From Ruminococcus sp. (GTDB taxonomy: Bacteria > Bacillota > Clostridia > Oscillospirales > Ruminococcaceae): 64,000 nt of DNA. The stretch's first letter is position 1, and each line of letters opens with the position of its first letter. This document shows positions 28,291-37,796 of this stretch, piece by piece. The stretch is taken from assembly GCA_045641105.1 (NCBI GenBank), contig JAZUGG010000121.1, positions 3,670 through 67,669 on the forward strand, written 5' to 3'. The translations under genes and the position numbers were made by a program. The notes under the pieces are model-generated. The model was given only the letters and a program-made list of their open reading frames with translations. It was not told the origin of the DNA and made no database searches.

Positions 28291-29595
28291 TTATTTTATC
28301 TTTACACAGTTCCTTCCGGAGGATTTTGCGAGGTACATGGCTTCATCAACACGCTTGAAAGCATTGTTAGCTTCTTCATTTTCCTTAACTTCCGTAACAC
28401 CTATACTGCAGGTGATATGTCCGATCGTTTCAAAATTGGTATCGGCAATCAGAATGCGGAATTTTTCGGCAATACTTGCAGCTTCATTAAGCTGTATACC
28501 GAGACAGACAGCAAGAAATTCCTCTCCTCCCCATCTGCCAAACTTAATGTTATATTTCCTGAGAAAATCAACGGAAATTTTTGCAAGCTGTTTCAGAACA
28601 TCATCACCGACGGAATGACCGTATGTATCGTTAATATTCTTGAAGTGATCGAGGTCGATCATGATAATGGCTAATGGCTGATGAGTATCATTTTTGAAGC
28701 TGATAGCCTTATAGAATTCGGTCTCGGTTTTTCTGCGGTTATAAATGCCTGTGAGGGAATCTTTAGAAGCAAGTTCCTCATATTTTTTCAGTGTGGACAT
28801 AAGTTCAACTGTACTTTCATGAATGTTCTGAACCATGAATACGAATCTGAAATCGTTTTCATCATGAGTTTCAACACGGCTGAAAATGAGCTTTACCCAA
28901 ATGTAAACGCCTTCAAGATTCTGCATCTGACAGTCAAAGGAAGTTGTCCTGCCTGAAAGAAGGTGAGTTTTCAGGTATTCCGGTTCGGTTCTGTCAAGGA
29001 AAAGAGGCTGATCTTCGGGAAATATCATATTCACGATCATAAGCCGCCACTGAGAGTATGAAAGTTCGTTGGCATTCATAGGTTCGTCAGAGATTTCTGT
29101 AATACTGATACTGCTTATGGTATCATTTATGAGATCAACATACATAGAGAAAAGGTATGTATCCTGAATGCTGTCGATTTTTTTCTTGGTGAGAAATTCC
29201 TGAATGTACTCACTGTTGTCCAGTTCATTAAGTATCATGAGATACTTTTCAGGATCATTCAGAGGATAGAGTGACATTTGCACAACATGGGAAGTTCCGT
29301 TGAAAACCAGAGTAATTCTTTTGCTGTACTTGCCGTTGAATTTGCCGAATGCAGGGACAAAGACATGATAGTCCTCAGTTATTGCATCCGAACTGTTGTT
29401 GAAGTGAAACCATAGTTTTTCGATAAGATCATGATATTTTCCGCTTTTTTCAAATATATCAGCAAATATTCCTTTTTGATGAACAGCTCTGTATGAGTCG
29501 GATTCTGCATCGATAAGAAATACAGCATCGATTTCTTCACGTATGATCTCAGCTATGTCATTCAGCGTATAATTTTCGATTGATTTATAATCCAT
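28291..29595 (-). CDS. Diguanylate cyclase (GGDEF) with PAS-like N-terminus
   Basis: DSLTGIYNRR, DLDHFKNINDTYGHSVGD, GRWGGEEF, VDEAMYLAKSSGRN. Promoter TTGAAA-17-TATAAT at 29685-29713. Confidence 0.9.
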   Translation of the reverse strand: MDYKSIENYTLNDIAEIIREEIDAVFLIDAESDSYRAVHQKGIFADIFEKSGKYHDLIEKLWFHFNNSSDAITEDYHVFVPAFGKFNGKYSKRITLVFNGTSHVVQMSLYPLNDPEKYLMILNELDNSEYIQEFLTKKKIDSIQDTYLFSMYVDLINDTISSISITEISDEPMNANELSYSQWRLMIVNMIFPEDQPLFLDRTEPEYLKTHLLSGRTTSFDCQMQNLEGVYIWVKLIFSRVETHDENDFRFVFMVQNIHESTVELMSTLKKYEELASKDSLTGIYNRRKTETEFYKAISFKNDTHQPLAIIMIDLDHFKNINDTYGHSVGDDVLKQLAKISVDFLRKYNIKFGRWGGEEFLAVCLGIQLNEAASIAEKFRILIADTNFETIGHITCSIGVTEVKENEEANNAFKRVDEAMYLAKSSGRNCVKIK

Positions 29596-29737
29596 TATTT
29601 GTCTGATCCCTCGTTTCATCAGAATATATCAGAAATTCAAAGTACAGGTCACATTAAATTTCCATAAAAAGATAACATATAAATATTATATCACAAAATT
29701 GCTGATATTTCAATAGCTAAAATAAAATATTACATAT

Positions 29738-29895
29738 GGGCGGCTCTAAAAACCCCTTCTGGGAAAAAGGAGCTATGCACAGCATCTGTTGCGTCAAGCC
29801 CTCTCGTAGTGCGAAAGCACGCCTTCAAGGGCTTTTCTTGAATCTACTGTACCTATCTGTTTTTTCTTACTCAAAATGGGTTTTTAGAGATGCCC
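29738..29895. mobile_element. 158-bp MITE-like element, copy 1
   Basis: Terminal inverted repeats GGGC..CTCTAAAAACCC / GGGTTTTTAGAGATGCCC; ATAT direct repeat on both flanks; 141/158 identical without gaps to 48603-48760. Confidence 0.8.
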
Positions 29896-30058
29896 ATATA
29901 AGTTTTACATTTTTTATAATGCGGATGAAATATTGAAAAATAAATTAATTTGTGATAAAATATTTTTAGAGGTGTCCTTTAGCAGAAAAAAATATGTCCG
30001 CTGAGGATGTGATAAAGCGATTATATTTATGAACATGTTCAAAGGAGTGAAATAGATA

Positions 30059-30628
30059 ATGACTGACAGTCAGATGCGGGAACTGATTGAAAAATCTCCT
30101 ACATATGGTCAGCGTGCGGTATATGAGAATTACTGCGGCTATGTGTACGCAATAACTGCCAATTATCTGAAAAACTGCGGTTCTTCCGAGGATATCGAGG
30201 ACTGCGTGGCTGATACTTTCGTTGAGATATTTCGTTTGCTGACGGAAAAAAACGAAAAGGGAAAAGGGCTTAAAGGCTTGATATCAGTAGTTGCAAAAAG
30301 GCGTGCTATCGATAGATTCCGAAGTATATCATCGAAAAACAACAAAACTGTATCAATTGATGATATGGAGGAGGAAATATCCGAAAACGCAAGCATTTCC
30401 GAAAATGCAGAACGCTTGGAAATCCAGCATATTCTGATAGACTGCGTGAAAAAGCTCGGCGAGCCTGATTCCGATATTGTTATTCAGCATTATTACTATG
30501 GAAGAAGCTGTTCGCAGATAGGCGATAAACTAAGAATGTCGGAAAGCTCAATTCAGAAACGTATTCAGAGGGCAAGGGCAAAATTGAAAAAAATGCTCGA
30601 AAAATTCGGTATCAGCGGGGAATTATAA
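30059..30628 (+). CDS. ECF RNA polymerase sigma factor
   Basis: YCGYVYAITANYL, EDIEDCVADTF (region 2), KRRAIDRFR, HYYYG.SCSQIG..L.MSE (region 4). Confidence 0.9.
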   Translation: MTDSQMRELIEKSPTYGQRAVYENYCGYVYAITANYLKNCGSSEDIEDCVADTFVEIFRLLTEKNEKGKGLKGLISVVAKRRAIDRFRSISSKNNKTVSIDDMEEEISENASISENAERLEIQHILIDCVKKLGEPDSDIVIQHYYYGRSCSQIGDKLRMSESSIQKRIQRARAKLKKMLEKFGISGEL

Positions 30629-30629
30629 T

Positions 30630-31466
30630 ATGGATAAGAAAGACATTTTCAGAATTTACGACGATGACCTGCATGAGCAGATCTCAAAGGATTATCCGGT
30701 TCTCACAGATGAGGAAACGGAAAGGATATACAGCAAAATATGTGAACGCCTTGGCACACGCAGCGAAGAAAACGAAAAACGTTCAGTGGTATCCGGCGTG
30801 GAGCATTACCGCCGTCCGATGTGGCATAAGATATTCGGAATTGCGGCGGCGGCAGTACTTGTTGTTACTGTTGCAGGAGGTGCTGTCCTTATGAAGCGCA
30901 GTCACGTCAATCCAAACAAAAACAAAAAAATAAGCAGTTTCAGCGATGAATGCCTTATACAAACTGCCGAAGAACTTACGGACAGTTTTATCGGCACAGC
31001 CAACATTCTCAGCGGTGCTGTTCCGCTGGAAACGGGCGAAAAAGAAATAGTTTTCTACCAGTACAGCGCAGACAGCGGATACTGGGACGGAGATGATGTT
31101 GTCTACAGAAATGTCGTCAGCAGCGATCTTGAATCGCCCCGTGATGCCGTTGATATGCTTGACGGCGTTGTTACGGCTGAATATAAGGCAGAGCTTGAGG
31201 AAAGCGGCGGCGAACTGTTTGACTGCGGACTTGATGCTGTTGCAGGTGTCGTGAACGGGGACGATGCACCTGTATTCAAGGCTTTCCGCAATGAATTGTA
31301 TACAACCGAAAAAGATGAAACCGCATTTGTATTCTATGACACTCCGACAATTTCAGAAAGAAATGACACATATTATGTTGTAAAACGAAAAGCCGAGGAC
31401 GATATGTATTTCCAGATAGTGTATGACGGTTCTCACTGGCTTATCAATGATATGGAAAGGAAATAA
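30630..31466 (+). CDS. Putative single-pass anti-sigma factor
   Basis: Starts 1 bp after the sigma stop; short cytoplasmic N-terminus, one TM (IFGIAAAAVLVVTVAGGAVLM), acidic extracellular domain. Confidence 0.75.
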   Translation: MDKKDIFRIYDDDLHEQISKDYPVLTDEETERIYSKICERLGTRSEENEKRSVVSGVEHYRRPMWHKIFGIAAAAVLVVTVAGGAVLMKRSHVNPNKNKKISSFSDECLIQTAEELTDSFIGTANILSGAVPLETGEKEIVFYQYSADSGYWDGDDVVYRNVVSSDLESPRDAVDMLDGVVTAEYKAELEESGGELFDCGLDAVAGVVNGDDAPVFKAFRNELYTTEKDETAFVFYDTPTISERNDTYYVVKRKAEDDMYFQIVYDGSHWLINDMERK

Positions 31467-31469
31467 AAA

Positions 31470-33716
31470 ATGAAAACGAATAGATATATAGCTTTATCAT
31501 CGGCAGTCATCCTTTTTGCTTCGGCGTTTGCGTCATGCGGAAAAGTGCCGAATGTTGCAGAATTTTCTTCAGATTCTGAACAGAATCTGATTCACCTTGA
31601 TGATTCATCTGAAAATAAAGTTACCATTGAAGGTCTTTATGAGGAAGTACCGTTTGACTATACTGATAAATATTATTTCTGGGAAGGGCTTGAAAAAGTC
31701 AATGATGATCTTTTTACTGCAACTCTTATATCAGGCAGTGAAGATGAACCTGAAATGCAGAAGGTCATAACTGACAGTTCGTTCAGTGATTTTGTTGTTG
31801 TTGATTATGATACACCTGAAGAAATAGCAGAAAAGGAAAATAGTTCGCTTAAATCTATGATGCCCACTGTTTCATTTTGTGATGACGGAAGCTTCAATGT
31901 TATCTGGCAGTTCTATGATCCGGATTATTGGGCAAATGTTGAGAATTATCTCGGACATTATGATAAAAACGGCGTTCTTGAAAATGTAATCAAAGTTGAT
32001 GCGCCTGATACAATGCAGATCTATGCGCAGGAGTCAATATCATACGGCAATTACATATATGCGAATTCAAATAATTCAATAATAAGAATTGACAGAACTG
32101 ACGGTTCAGTAACCACTATATATGATTATAATGATAAGGAATCAAAAACATATTTTGAGAGTTTTAAACGTGATAATGAAGGCAAGCCGCTTCTGGTTAT
32201 GGCCTGCTGTGATATTGAAACTTCGGAAATCTGCACTTATGTATACGAAATCGCTGACTGCGAGAGCCTGCCTGAACCTTTATGCACCTATCCGACAGAG
32301 CTAATAATGATTTATGAAGGATACGGCGAATATAAATATCTTAAACATACTTATGGCGATTATGCTGAAAAACTGTACGGCGTAAGAGCAGACGGAACAG
32401 AACAGCTTATTATTGACTGGGAACTTTCGAGATTATCATATCAATATTTTTGTCCTGTCGGAAATGATGAATTTGTTGCGCTCAAAGGTGTGGAAAGTTT
32501 AAATTACAGCAAGGATACACTTGTAAAACTTGTTAAAAAAGATGCTTCTTCGATGGAAAATACGAATTTCCTGACAGTATGTGATTACTATTCTGTTTTC
32601 AGAGGTGATACCTATAATTACAACAATTTACAGGACAGCTATCATGTTTTGCAGTTTACTATGAACTGCTCAAATTATACTGATGAGGAATTTGTTAATG
32701 GTCTTGATGAGTTAACGCCGTCAGAAGATTTCCCCGATATAATTATTTTCAACAACAGGTGGGAAATGTACAGATATGCAAATCAGGGCTTGCTTGCGGA
32801 TATGGGCGAGATAATGGACAATGATCCCGAATACGGCAGAGATGCATATGTACCGAATCTGCTTGAAATATTTACAGAGCCTGACAATAAAATATATGGA
32901 CTGCCGCTTTCATTTTATTACTGTACACTTGCCGTAAAGCCTAAATACTGGGATAAGCCAAGCTGGACGCTTGATGAGATGATATCCGAATTTGATAAGA
33001 ACGAGGATAATATGTGCTATATTTACGATAGTTATACAAGACAGCAAGTACTTACCGAACTTATAGCAAACAGTGAAGATCTGGTAGATTACAAAAACAA
33101 GACCAGCAATTTTAACAGTCCCGAATTTATAAAAATACTTGAATTTTCAAATCGTTTTCATGATGAAATTTCGTACAATGATATATATGCAAGAGAGAAT
33201 TATCAGCGTTTTGGTCTTGACAGAACACTTGTTGAAGAAACGGGAGAAGGTTATTCATACTGCAATACTAAATATTTAAAAGGATTAGGTGAAGATATTT
33301 CACTGGTAGGTTATCCATCTGACAGCGGAAACGGCGGTAGGCTCAGTGTGGAGTATATTGCGGCAATTTCCGAATCATGCACCAACAAAAAAGCCGCATA
33401 TGAATATATAAAATACATTGTTTCCGAATGTGGCACGGAACATCTGTTGTCATCCCTTGCCGAAAGATTTGAAAATGATGCCTATCGTGATGTCGGACTG
33501 GAATATAACGAATTCGGCTTCAAGATTCAGCCTCTGAGCAAAGAAGAAGCAGACATGCTTAAAGAGGAAATGCTTTCATGTCATTCTCTAAGAGAAATGC
33601 TCGGCTATAATTTTGAAGAATTTGTTACTGCTGAGGCGGATAGATACTTCAGCGGAGAGATATCCTCACAGGAAGCCGCTGAAAATATCCAGAGGATCGC
33701 AGATAAATTTATCTGA
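31470..33716 (+). CDS. Large lipoprotein with C-terminal extracellular solute-binding domain
   Basis: Lipobox FASC; FPDII, GLLADMGEIMD, IYGLPLSF, WTLDEM, VGYPS, NKKAAYEYIK, AAENIQ are typical of SBP_bac_1-like domains. Confidence 0.75.
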   Translation: MKTNRYIALSSAVILFASAFASCGKVPNVAEFSSDSEQNLIHLDDSSENKVTIEGLYEEVPFDYTDKYYFWEGLEKVNDDLFTATLISGSEDEPEMQKVITDSSFSDFVVVDYDTPEEIAEKENSSLKSMMPTVSFCDDGSFNVIWQFYDPDYWANVENYLGHYDKNGVLENVIKVDAPDTMQIYAQESISYGNYIYANSNNSIIRIDRTDGSVTTIYDYNDKESKTYFESFKRDNEGKPLLVMACCDIETSEICTYVYEIADCESLPEPLCTYPTELIMIYEGYGEYKYLKHTYGDYAEKLYGVRADGTEQLIIDWELSRLSYQYFCPVGNDEFVALKGVESLNYSKDTLVKLVKKDASSMENTNFLTVCDYYSVFRGDTYNYNNLQDSYHVLQFTMNCSNYTDEEFVNGLDELTPSEDFPDIIIFNNRWEMYRYANQGLLADMGEIMDNDPEYGRDAYVPNLLEIFTEPDNKIYGLPLSFYYCTLAVKPKYWDKPSWTLDEMISEFDKNEDNMCYIYDSYTRQQVLTELIANSEDLVDYKNKTSNFNSPEFIKILEFSNRFHDEISYNDIYARENYQRFGLDRTLVEETGEGYSYCNTKYLKGLGEDISLVGYPSDSGNGGRLSVEYIAAISESCTNKKAAYEYIKYIVSECGTEHLLSSLAERFENDAYRDVGLEYNEFGFKIQPLSKEEADMLKEEMLSCHSLREMLGYNFEEFVTAEADRYFSGEISSQEAAENIQRIADKFI

Positions 33717-33731
33717 AATAATTGTGAAAAA

Positions 33732-33769
33732 GCACCGCACAAAGTCATCAGACATACTTTGTGCGGTGT
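33732..33769 (+). terminator. GCACCGCACAAAGT hairpin family, copy B (terminator)
   Basis: GCACCGCACAAAGT-loop-ACTTTGTGCGGTGT followed by T-rich sequence. Confidence 0.7.
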
Positions 33770-33792
33770 TGTCTTTATTTGTTGAGATTGGG

Positions 33793-33821
33793 TTGACTTT
33801 ATACAGCGAATGAGATATAAT
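33793..33821 (+). promoter_or_regulatory. sigmaA promoter for the tatD/two-component operon
   Basis: TTGACT-17 bp-TATAAT. Confidence 0.7.
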
Positions 33822-33912
33822 AATTGTATCGTTTCACTATTCAGAATCTTTCTTCATAAGCTGAATATACAGATTTTTGACAACAACTTCACATAAAACA
33901 AGAGGTGGTAAA

Positions 33913-34686
33913 ATGATAAAATATTATGATATTGGACTGAATTTGTTTTGCAGACAGTTCAGAGAGCCTGAAAAAATAATCAGCGATGCGGCTGAATACG
34001 GAGTTAGCTGTATTCTTACAGGTTCGGATATGAAAAGCAGTGAGAGCGTGAACAAATTTGTTAAAACTCATGATTGTTACGGAACGTGCGGCATACATCC
34101 GCATAGTGCGGATAATGCGACAGCCGACAGTTTCAGGCGTATCCGAGAGGTAGTTTCAGGCAATGAAAAGATAGTGGCAGTAGGCGAATGCGGACTGGAT
34201 TACGACAGAATGTTTTCAACCCGTGACAACCAGATACGTTGTTTTGAGCATCACATAAAAATTGCAGAGGAGCTTGACAAGCCGCTTTTTCTGCATGAGC
34301 GTTCGGCAGCAGACGACTTTATCGCAAGATTCAAAAAGCATGGTGATATCTGCAAAAAATCGGTAGTTCATTGTTTTACGGGCGATAAAGATACGCTGAA
34401 AAAGTATATTGACATGGGATTCTTCATCGGCATCACAGGCTGGATATGTGATGACAGGCGTGGAAAGGAACTGCGTGAGGCTGTGAAGTATATTCCGCTT
34501 GACAGGCTGATGATAGAGACTGATGCGCCTTATCTTACCCCAAAGAATGTTCCGGGACTTGACAGGACAAATCTGCCGCAGAACATAAAATATGTGGCAG
34601 AGGAACTTGCAAAGCATATGAAAATTGATGCTGAGACTCTGACTGAACAGGTGCGTGAGAATACAAAGAAATTTTTCGGTATCTGA
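33913..34686 (+). CDS. tatD: TatD-family nuclease
   Basis: DIGLN, GIHPH, VGECGLDY, FLHER, VHCFTG, ETDAPYL. Confidence 0.92.
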   Translation: MIKYYDIGLNLFCRQFREPEKIISDAAEYGVSCILTGSDMKSSESVNKFVKTHDCYGTCGIHPHSADNATADSFRRIREVVSGNEKIVAVGECGLDYDRMFSTRDNQIRCFEHHIKIAEELDKPLFLHERSAADDFIARFKKHGDICKKSVVHCFTGDKDTLKKYIDMGFFIGITGWICDDRRGKELREAVKYIPLDRLMIETDAPYLTPKNVPGLDRTNLPQNIKYVAEELAKHMKIDAETLTEQVRENTKKFFGI

Positions 34687-34781
34687 TCGGAGATGATATT
34701 ATCGTATATACAATTCTTGACAATGTTATCATAGCTGTCATATCGCTGATATGTGCGTTTTACAGCAAGAACACTGAGTAT

Positions 34782-35861
34782 ATGCTTATTGCGGCAGGAA
34801 TGCTTACGACTATGGTCACATATGAATCATTCAGCTGTGAAAAAAGTCGTCTTTTTGCAGCGGCGAAAATATCAGTTACTGCTTTATTCGCAGTTTTTTC
34901 AGGCAGCTTTGTCGGTTTTGCGGCATTTGCTCTGCTGCGTGACATCAAGTTGTATATCAGGGCTGTGGTTGGAGTTGGAATATTTGTGGTTTCGGAATTA
35001 TTGCTGTATGGCTGTAACAAGCCTGCGGATATTATAATCAGCGGGATATTCATTGTTGCGGCAATTTCACTGATATCCCTTATTTATTATGGGTTGAGCT
35101 TCTATGATATTCAGAAACAGCAGAAATCAGCACATATCATGTCTGCCCAGATAAGTGAGATGCATGAAAAGCGGCTGAATGAGGAACTTATGAAGCAGAA
35201 TATACTTGCGGAAAAAAATGCACGTCTTATTGAACGTGAAAATATAAGCCGCAATATTCATAACAGCGTCGGACATTCAATAACGGCTGCAATAATGACG
35301 CTTGATGCCGCAGATATGCTGTATGACGTAAAGCCTGATGAGGCAAGAAAAAAGATGAATGATGCAAACGAACGAATCCGTGGCAGTCTTGAATCGATAC
35401 GCAGGGCAGTGCGTGTGCTTGATGAGCAGAGCGCCGCAGTATCGGCATCTGATCTGAAATTCGCTTTTGAAAATGTGATAAACGAGTTTGTTATCGATAC
35501 AAACATTGAGGTCAGCCGCAGTTTTTCACAGCTTTCAGATGAAATAAAAATACCGCATGATGATGCAGAATTTCTTACGGGTATGCTTCAGGAAATGTTT
35601 ACAAACGGTGTAAAACATGGAAATGCCAATGAATTCTATGTTTTTCTGTCGGGCGATACAACTCATATAAAGCTTGAGGTTTCTGACAACGGAAAGAGCG
35701 GTTTTAATGATGAAAATGCTGAAAATAAGATAGAAAACGGCTTCGGGATAAAGCGTATTATTTCCTATGTGAAAAAACACGGCGGAAAAACGAGTTTTGT
35801 CAATGACGGCGGTTTCAGAGGAAGCGCTGAACTTCCTATCATAATTACAGACAAAGAATGA
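34782..35861 (+). CDS. Membrane sensor histidine kinase (HisKA_3, DesK/NarX-like); true start probably further upstream
   Basis: ERENISRNIHNSVGHSIT H-box, QEMFTNGVKHGNA N-box, SDNG, GFGI; the frame is open back to 34659. Confidence 0.88.
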   Translation: MLIAAGMLTTMVTYESFSCEKSRLFAAAKISVTALFAVFSGSFVGFAAFALLRDIKLYIRAVVGVGIFVVSELLLYGCNKPADIIISGIFIVAAISLISLIYYGLSFYDIQKQQKSAHIMSAQISEMHEKRLNEELMKQNILAEKNARLIERENISRNIHNSVGHSITAAIMTLDAADMLYDVKPDEARKKMNDANERIRGSLESIRRAVRVLDEQSAAVSASDLKFAFENVINEFVIDTNIEVSRSFSQLSDEIKIPHDDAEFLTGMLQEMFTNGVKHGNANEFYVFLSGDTTHIKLEVSDNGKSGFNDENAENKIENGFGIKRIISYVKKHGGKTSFVNDGGFRGSAELPIIITDKE

Positions 35862-35870
35862 GGTGCAAAT

Positions 35871-36503
35871 ATGTATAGGATACTGCTTGTTGATGATGAA
35901 AATCTTCTGCTTGAAAGCCTTGAGATAATTCTATCACTTAACGGCATGGAGATAACAGGCAAGGCAAATGACGGCAATGCGGCACTTAAACTGCTGGATT
36001 CTTCTGATTTTGCAGGCTGTGACATAGCGCTTGTTGACCTGAATATGAAGGGCATGGGCGGAATTGAGCTTATCCGAATTATGAAACAGAAATATCCTGA
36101 AATAAGGATACTTGTGCTTACTACTTTCTATGACGACAAATTCATTACTGATGCAATTTCGGGCGGTGCTGACGGATATCTTCTGAAGGACAGCGGGAAA
36201 GATGCGATACTCGGCGCTGTAAACCAGATAATGAGCGGAGTGACAGTGCTTGACCAGAAGGTGATGATGAGGCTTTCTGCGTTGATGAACCGGAATAATG
36301 CTCCCGAAAAAAAGAGCATATCAGATGAAATGACAAGCCGTGAAAAAGAGATATGTTCTCTCATGGCGGAGGGACTGACCAATTCCCAGATAGCCGCAAA
36401 GCTGTATATTTCCGAGGGAACGGTCAAGAATTACATATCAAATATCTATGACAAAACAGGTATACATGACAGAGTAAAGCTTATTGTTGAACTTAAAAAA
36501 TGA
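35871..36503 (+). CDS. NarL/LuxR-family response regulator
   Basis: LVDDE, LVDLNM, LTTF, GYLLKD receiver; MTSREKEI..LMAEGLTNSQIA..LYISEGTVKNY HTH. Confidence 0.93.
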   Translation: MYRILLVDDENLLLESLEIILSLNGMEITGKANDGNAALKLLDSSDFAGCDIALVDLNMKGMGGIELIRIMKQKYPEIRILVLTTFYDDKFITDAISGGADGYLLKDSGKDAILGAVNQIMSGVTVLDQKVMMRLSALMNRNNAPEKKSISDEMTSREKEICSLMAEGLTNSQIAAKLYISEGTVKNYISNIYDKTGIHDRVKLIVELKK

Positions 36504-36508
36504 TGAAC

Positions 36509-36545
36509 GTGACTGTGGTAATATGAAAAATATGACCACGGTCAC
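36509..36545. promoter_or_regulatory. Two TGAC-N4-GT(C/A)A boxes forming an inverted repeat; candidate response-regulator operator or terminator
   Basis: GTGACTGTGGTAAT and ATGACCACGGTCAC, 23 bp apart, just upstream of TTGACC at 36553. Confidence 0.5.
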
Positions 36546-36641
36546 TTGTTTTTTGACCAGAAAAAATGTATGATATATATGTCAGCAGAAATAAAGACAA
36601 CACCACACAAAGAGTGTGAATAAAAACTACTGGAGGAAAAA

Positions 36642-37787
36642 ATGAAGGGAAAACTTTCAGCACTGAAATATGTGCGGAACAACAAAAAACAGGTCAGTAT
36701 TATGATTGCCATTATTGCACTAACGTTTACAGTAATGTATGTCGTTAATGCTGTACTGATGTGTACGGTAGAGAGTTTCAAAGTCGTTTTTCTTGAACAG
36801 CCGAAAAAAACAGCGTATGTTGAACTTACACTTGAAAGCATGGGGCTTGTGAATGATGAATCACTGACTAAAGAAATGTATCGGGAAAGACGGGCAGAAA
36901 TATTAGAAGAACTGAACGATCATGAAGGAATTGACGGAGCGTATTATACATCTGTACTATCAGCAAAGTATGAAGGTATTATTGGCGAAACAAGATTTTT
37001 GTTCCCGCTTCTTGAAAAAGATCAGATACCGTCCTATCTTGACCACATGGATGCCGAACTTATTGAAGGAAGAATGCCTGAAAATGAAGGAGAAGTGATC
37101 ATTGACAGCCGTCTCATGAAGAATAACAAACTGAAAATTGGTGATTTATTTGATGAAGATCTATTTGGTGATTCCTATATAATTACAGGTGTTCTTGAAT
37201 CTGATATTTTCGCCTGTGCCGGCATACCGAACGGCTCAAATAATGGCGCATACTATTCTGTATTATGTGATGAAGACAACTGCGACATGAAAAAGTTGTT
37301 TTCCGATATCGGTATTGAGCTTACTTCACTTGATTCAATAATAGATATCAATACACGGGCAGAATTTTATGAAACAGAATGTAAAAGCGTAATAAATACA
37401 GCACTTACTGCAATAATCATAGTTGTAATGATATTCCTTGCCATATCGGTGCTTGTAGCTTATATTTCGTCAATGCGAAGCAGAATGAATGAATATTGCC
37501 TGTATACATCTCTTGGGTTTTCAAGAATTGAAGTTTACGGTATGATAATGAGAGAGATTTTATTTGATTTCATTTCGGGAATGCTTTTTGGTACAATTCT
37601 TACAGTTATACTTATGTTCATACTGAAAACGACTGTTACCGAGCCTGTAGGTCTGATATTAAAGGCATTCTATCCACGCCAGCTTTTGAAAATAACAGCT
37701 TCATTTGCGGCAATTATCGAAATCCTGCAAATACCGATAATAGTGATCATAAACAGCATAAAAACTATTGACAGGATAGAGGAATAG
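36642..37787 (+). CDS. FtsX-like ABC exporter permease
   Basis: N-terminal TM, GRMPENEGEVII periplasmic domain, RMNEYCLYTSLGFSR, C-terminal TMs. Confidence 0.85.
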   Translation: MKGKLSALKYVRNNKKQVSIMIAIIALTFTVMYVVNAVLMCTVESFKVVFLEQPKKTAYVELTLESMGLVNDESLTKEMYRERRAEILEELNDHEGIDGAYYTSVLSAKYEGIIGETRFLFPLLEKDQIPSYLDHMDAELIEGRMPENEGEVIIDSRLMKNNKLKIGDLFDEDLFGDSYIITGVLESDIFACAGIPNGSNNGAYYSVLCDEDNCDMKKLFSDIGIELTSLDSIIDINTRAEFYETECKSVINTALTAIIIVVMIFLAISVLVAYISSMRSRMNEYCLYTSLGFSRIEVYGMIMREILFDFISGMLFGTILTVILMFILKTTVTEPVGLILKAFYPRQLLKITASFAAIIEILQIPIIVIINSIKTIDRIEE

Positions 37788-37796
37788 GAGAAAATT

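Noticed and set aside
29736-29936. 66-aa ORF over MITE copy 1, and similar short ORFs over copy 2 and the third element
   Set aside because: They read through palindromic non-coding elements, are not conserved between the copies and lack RBSs.
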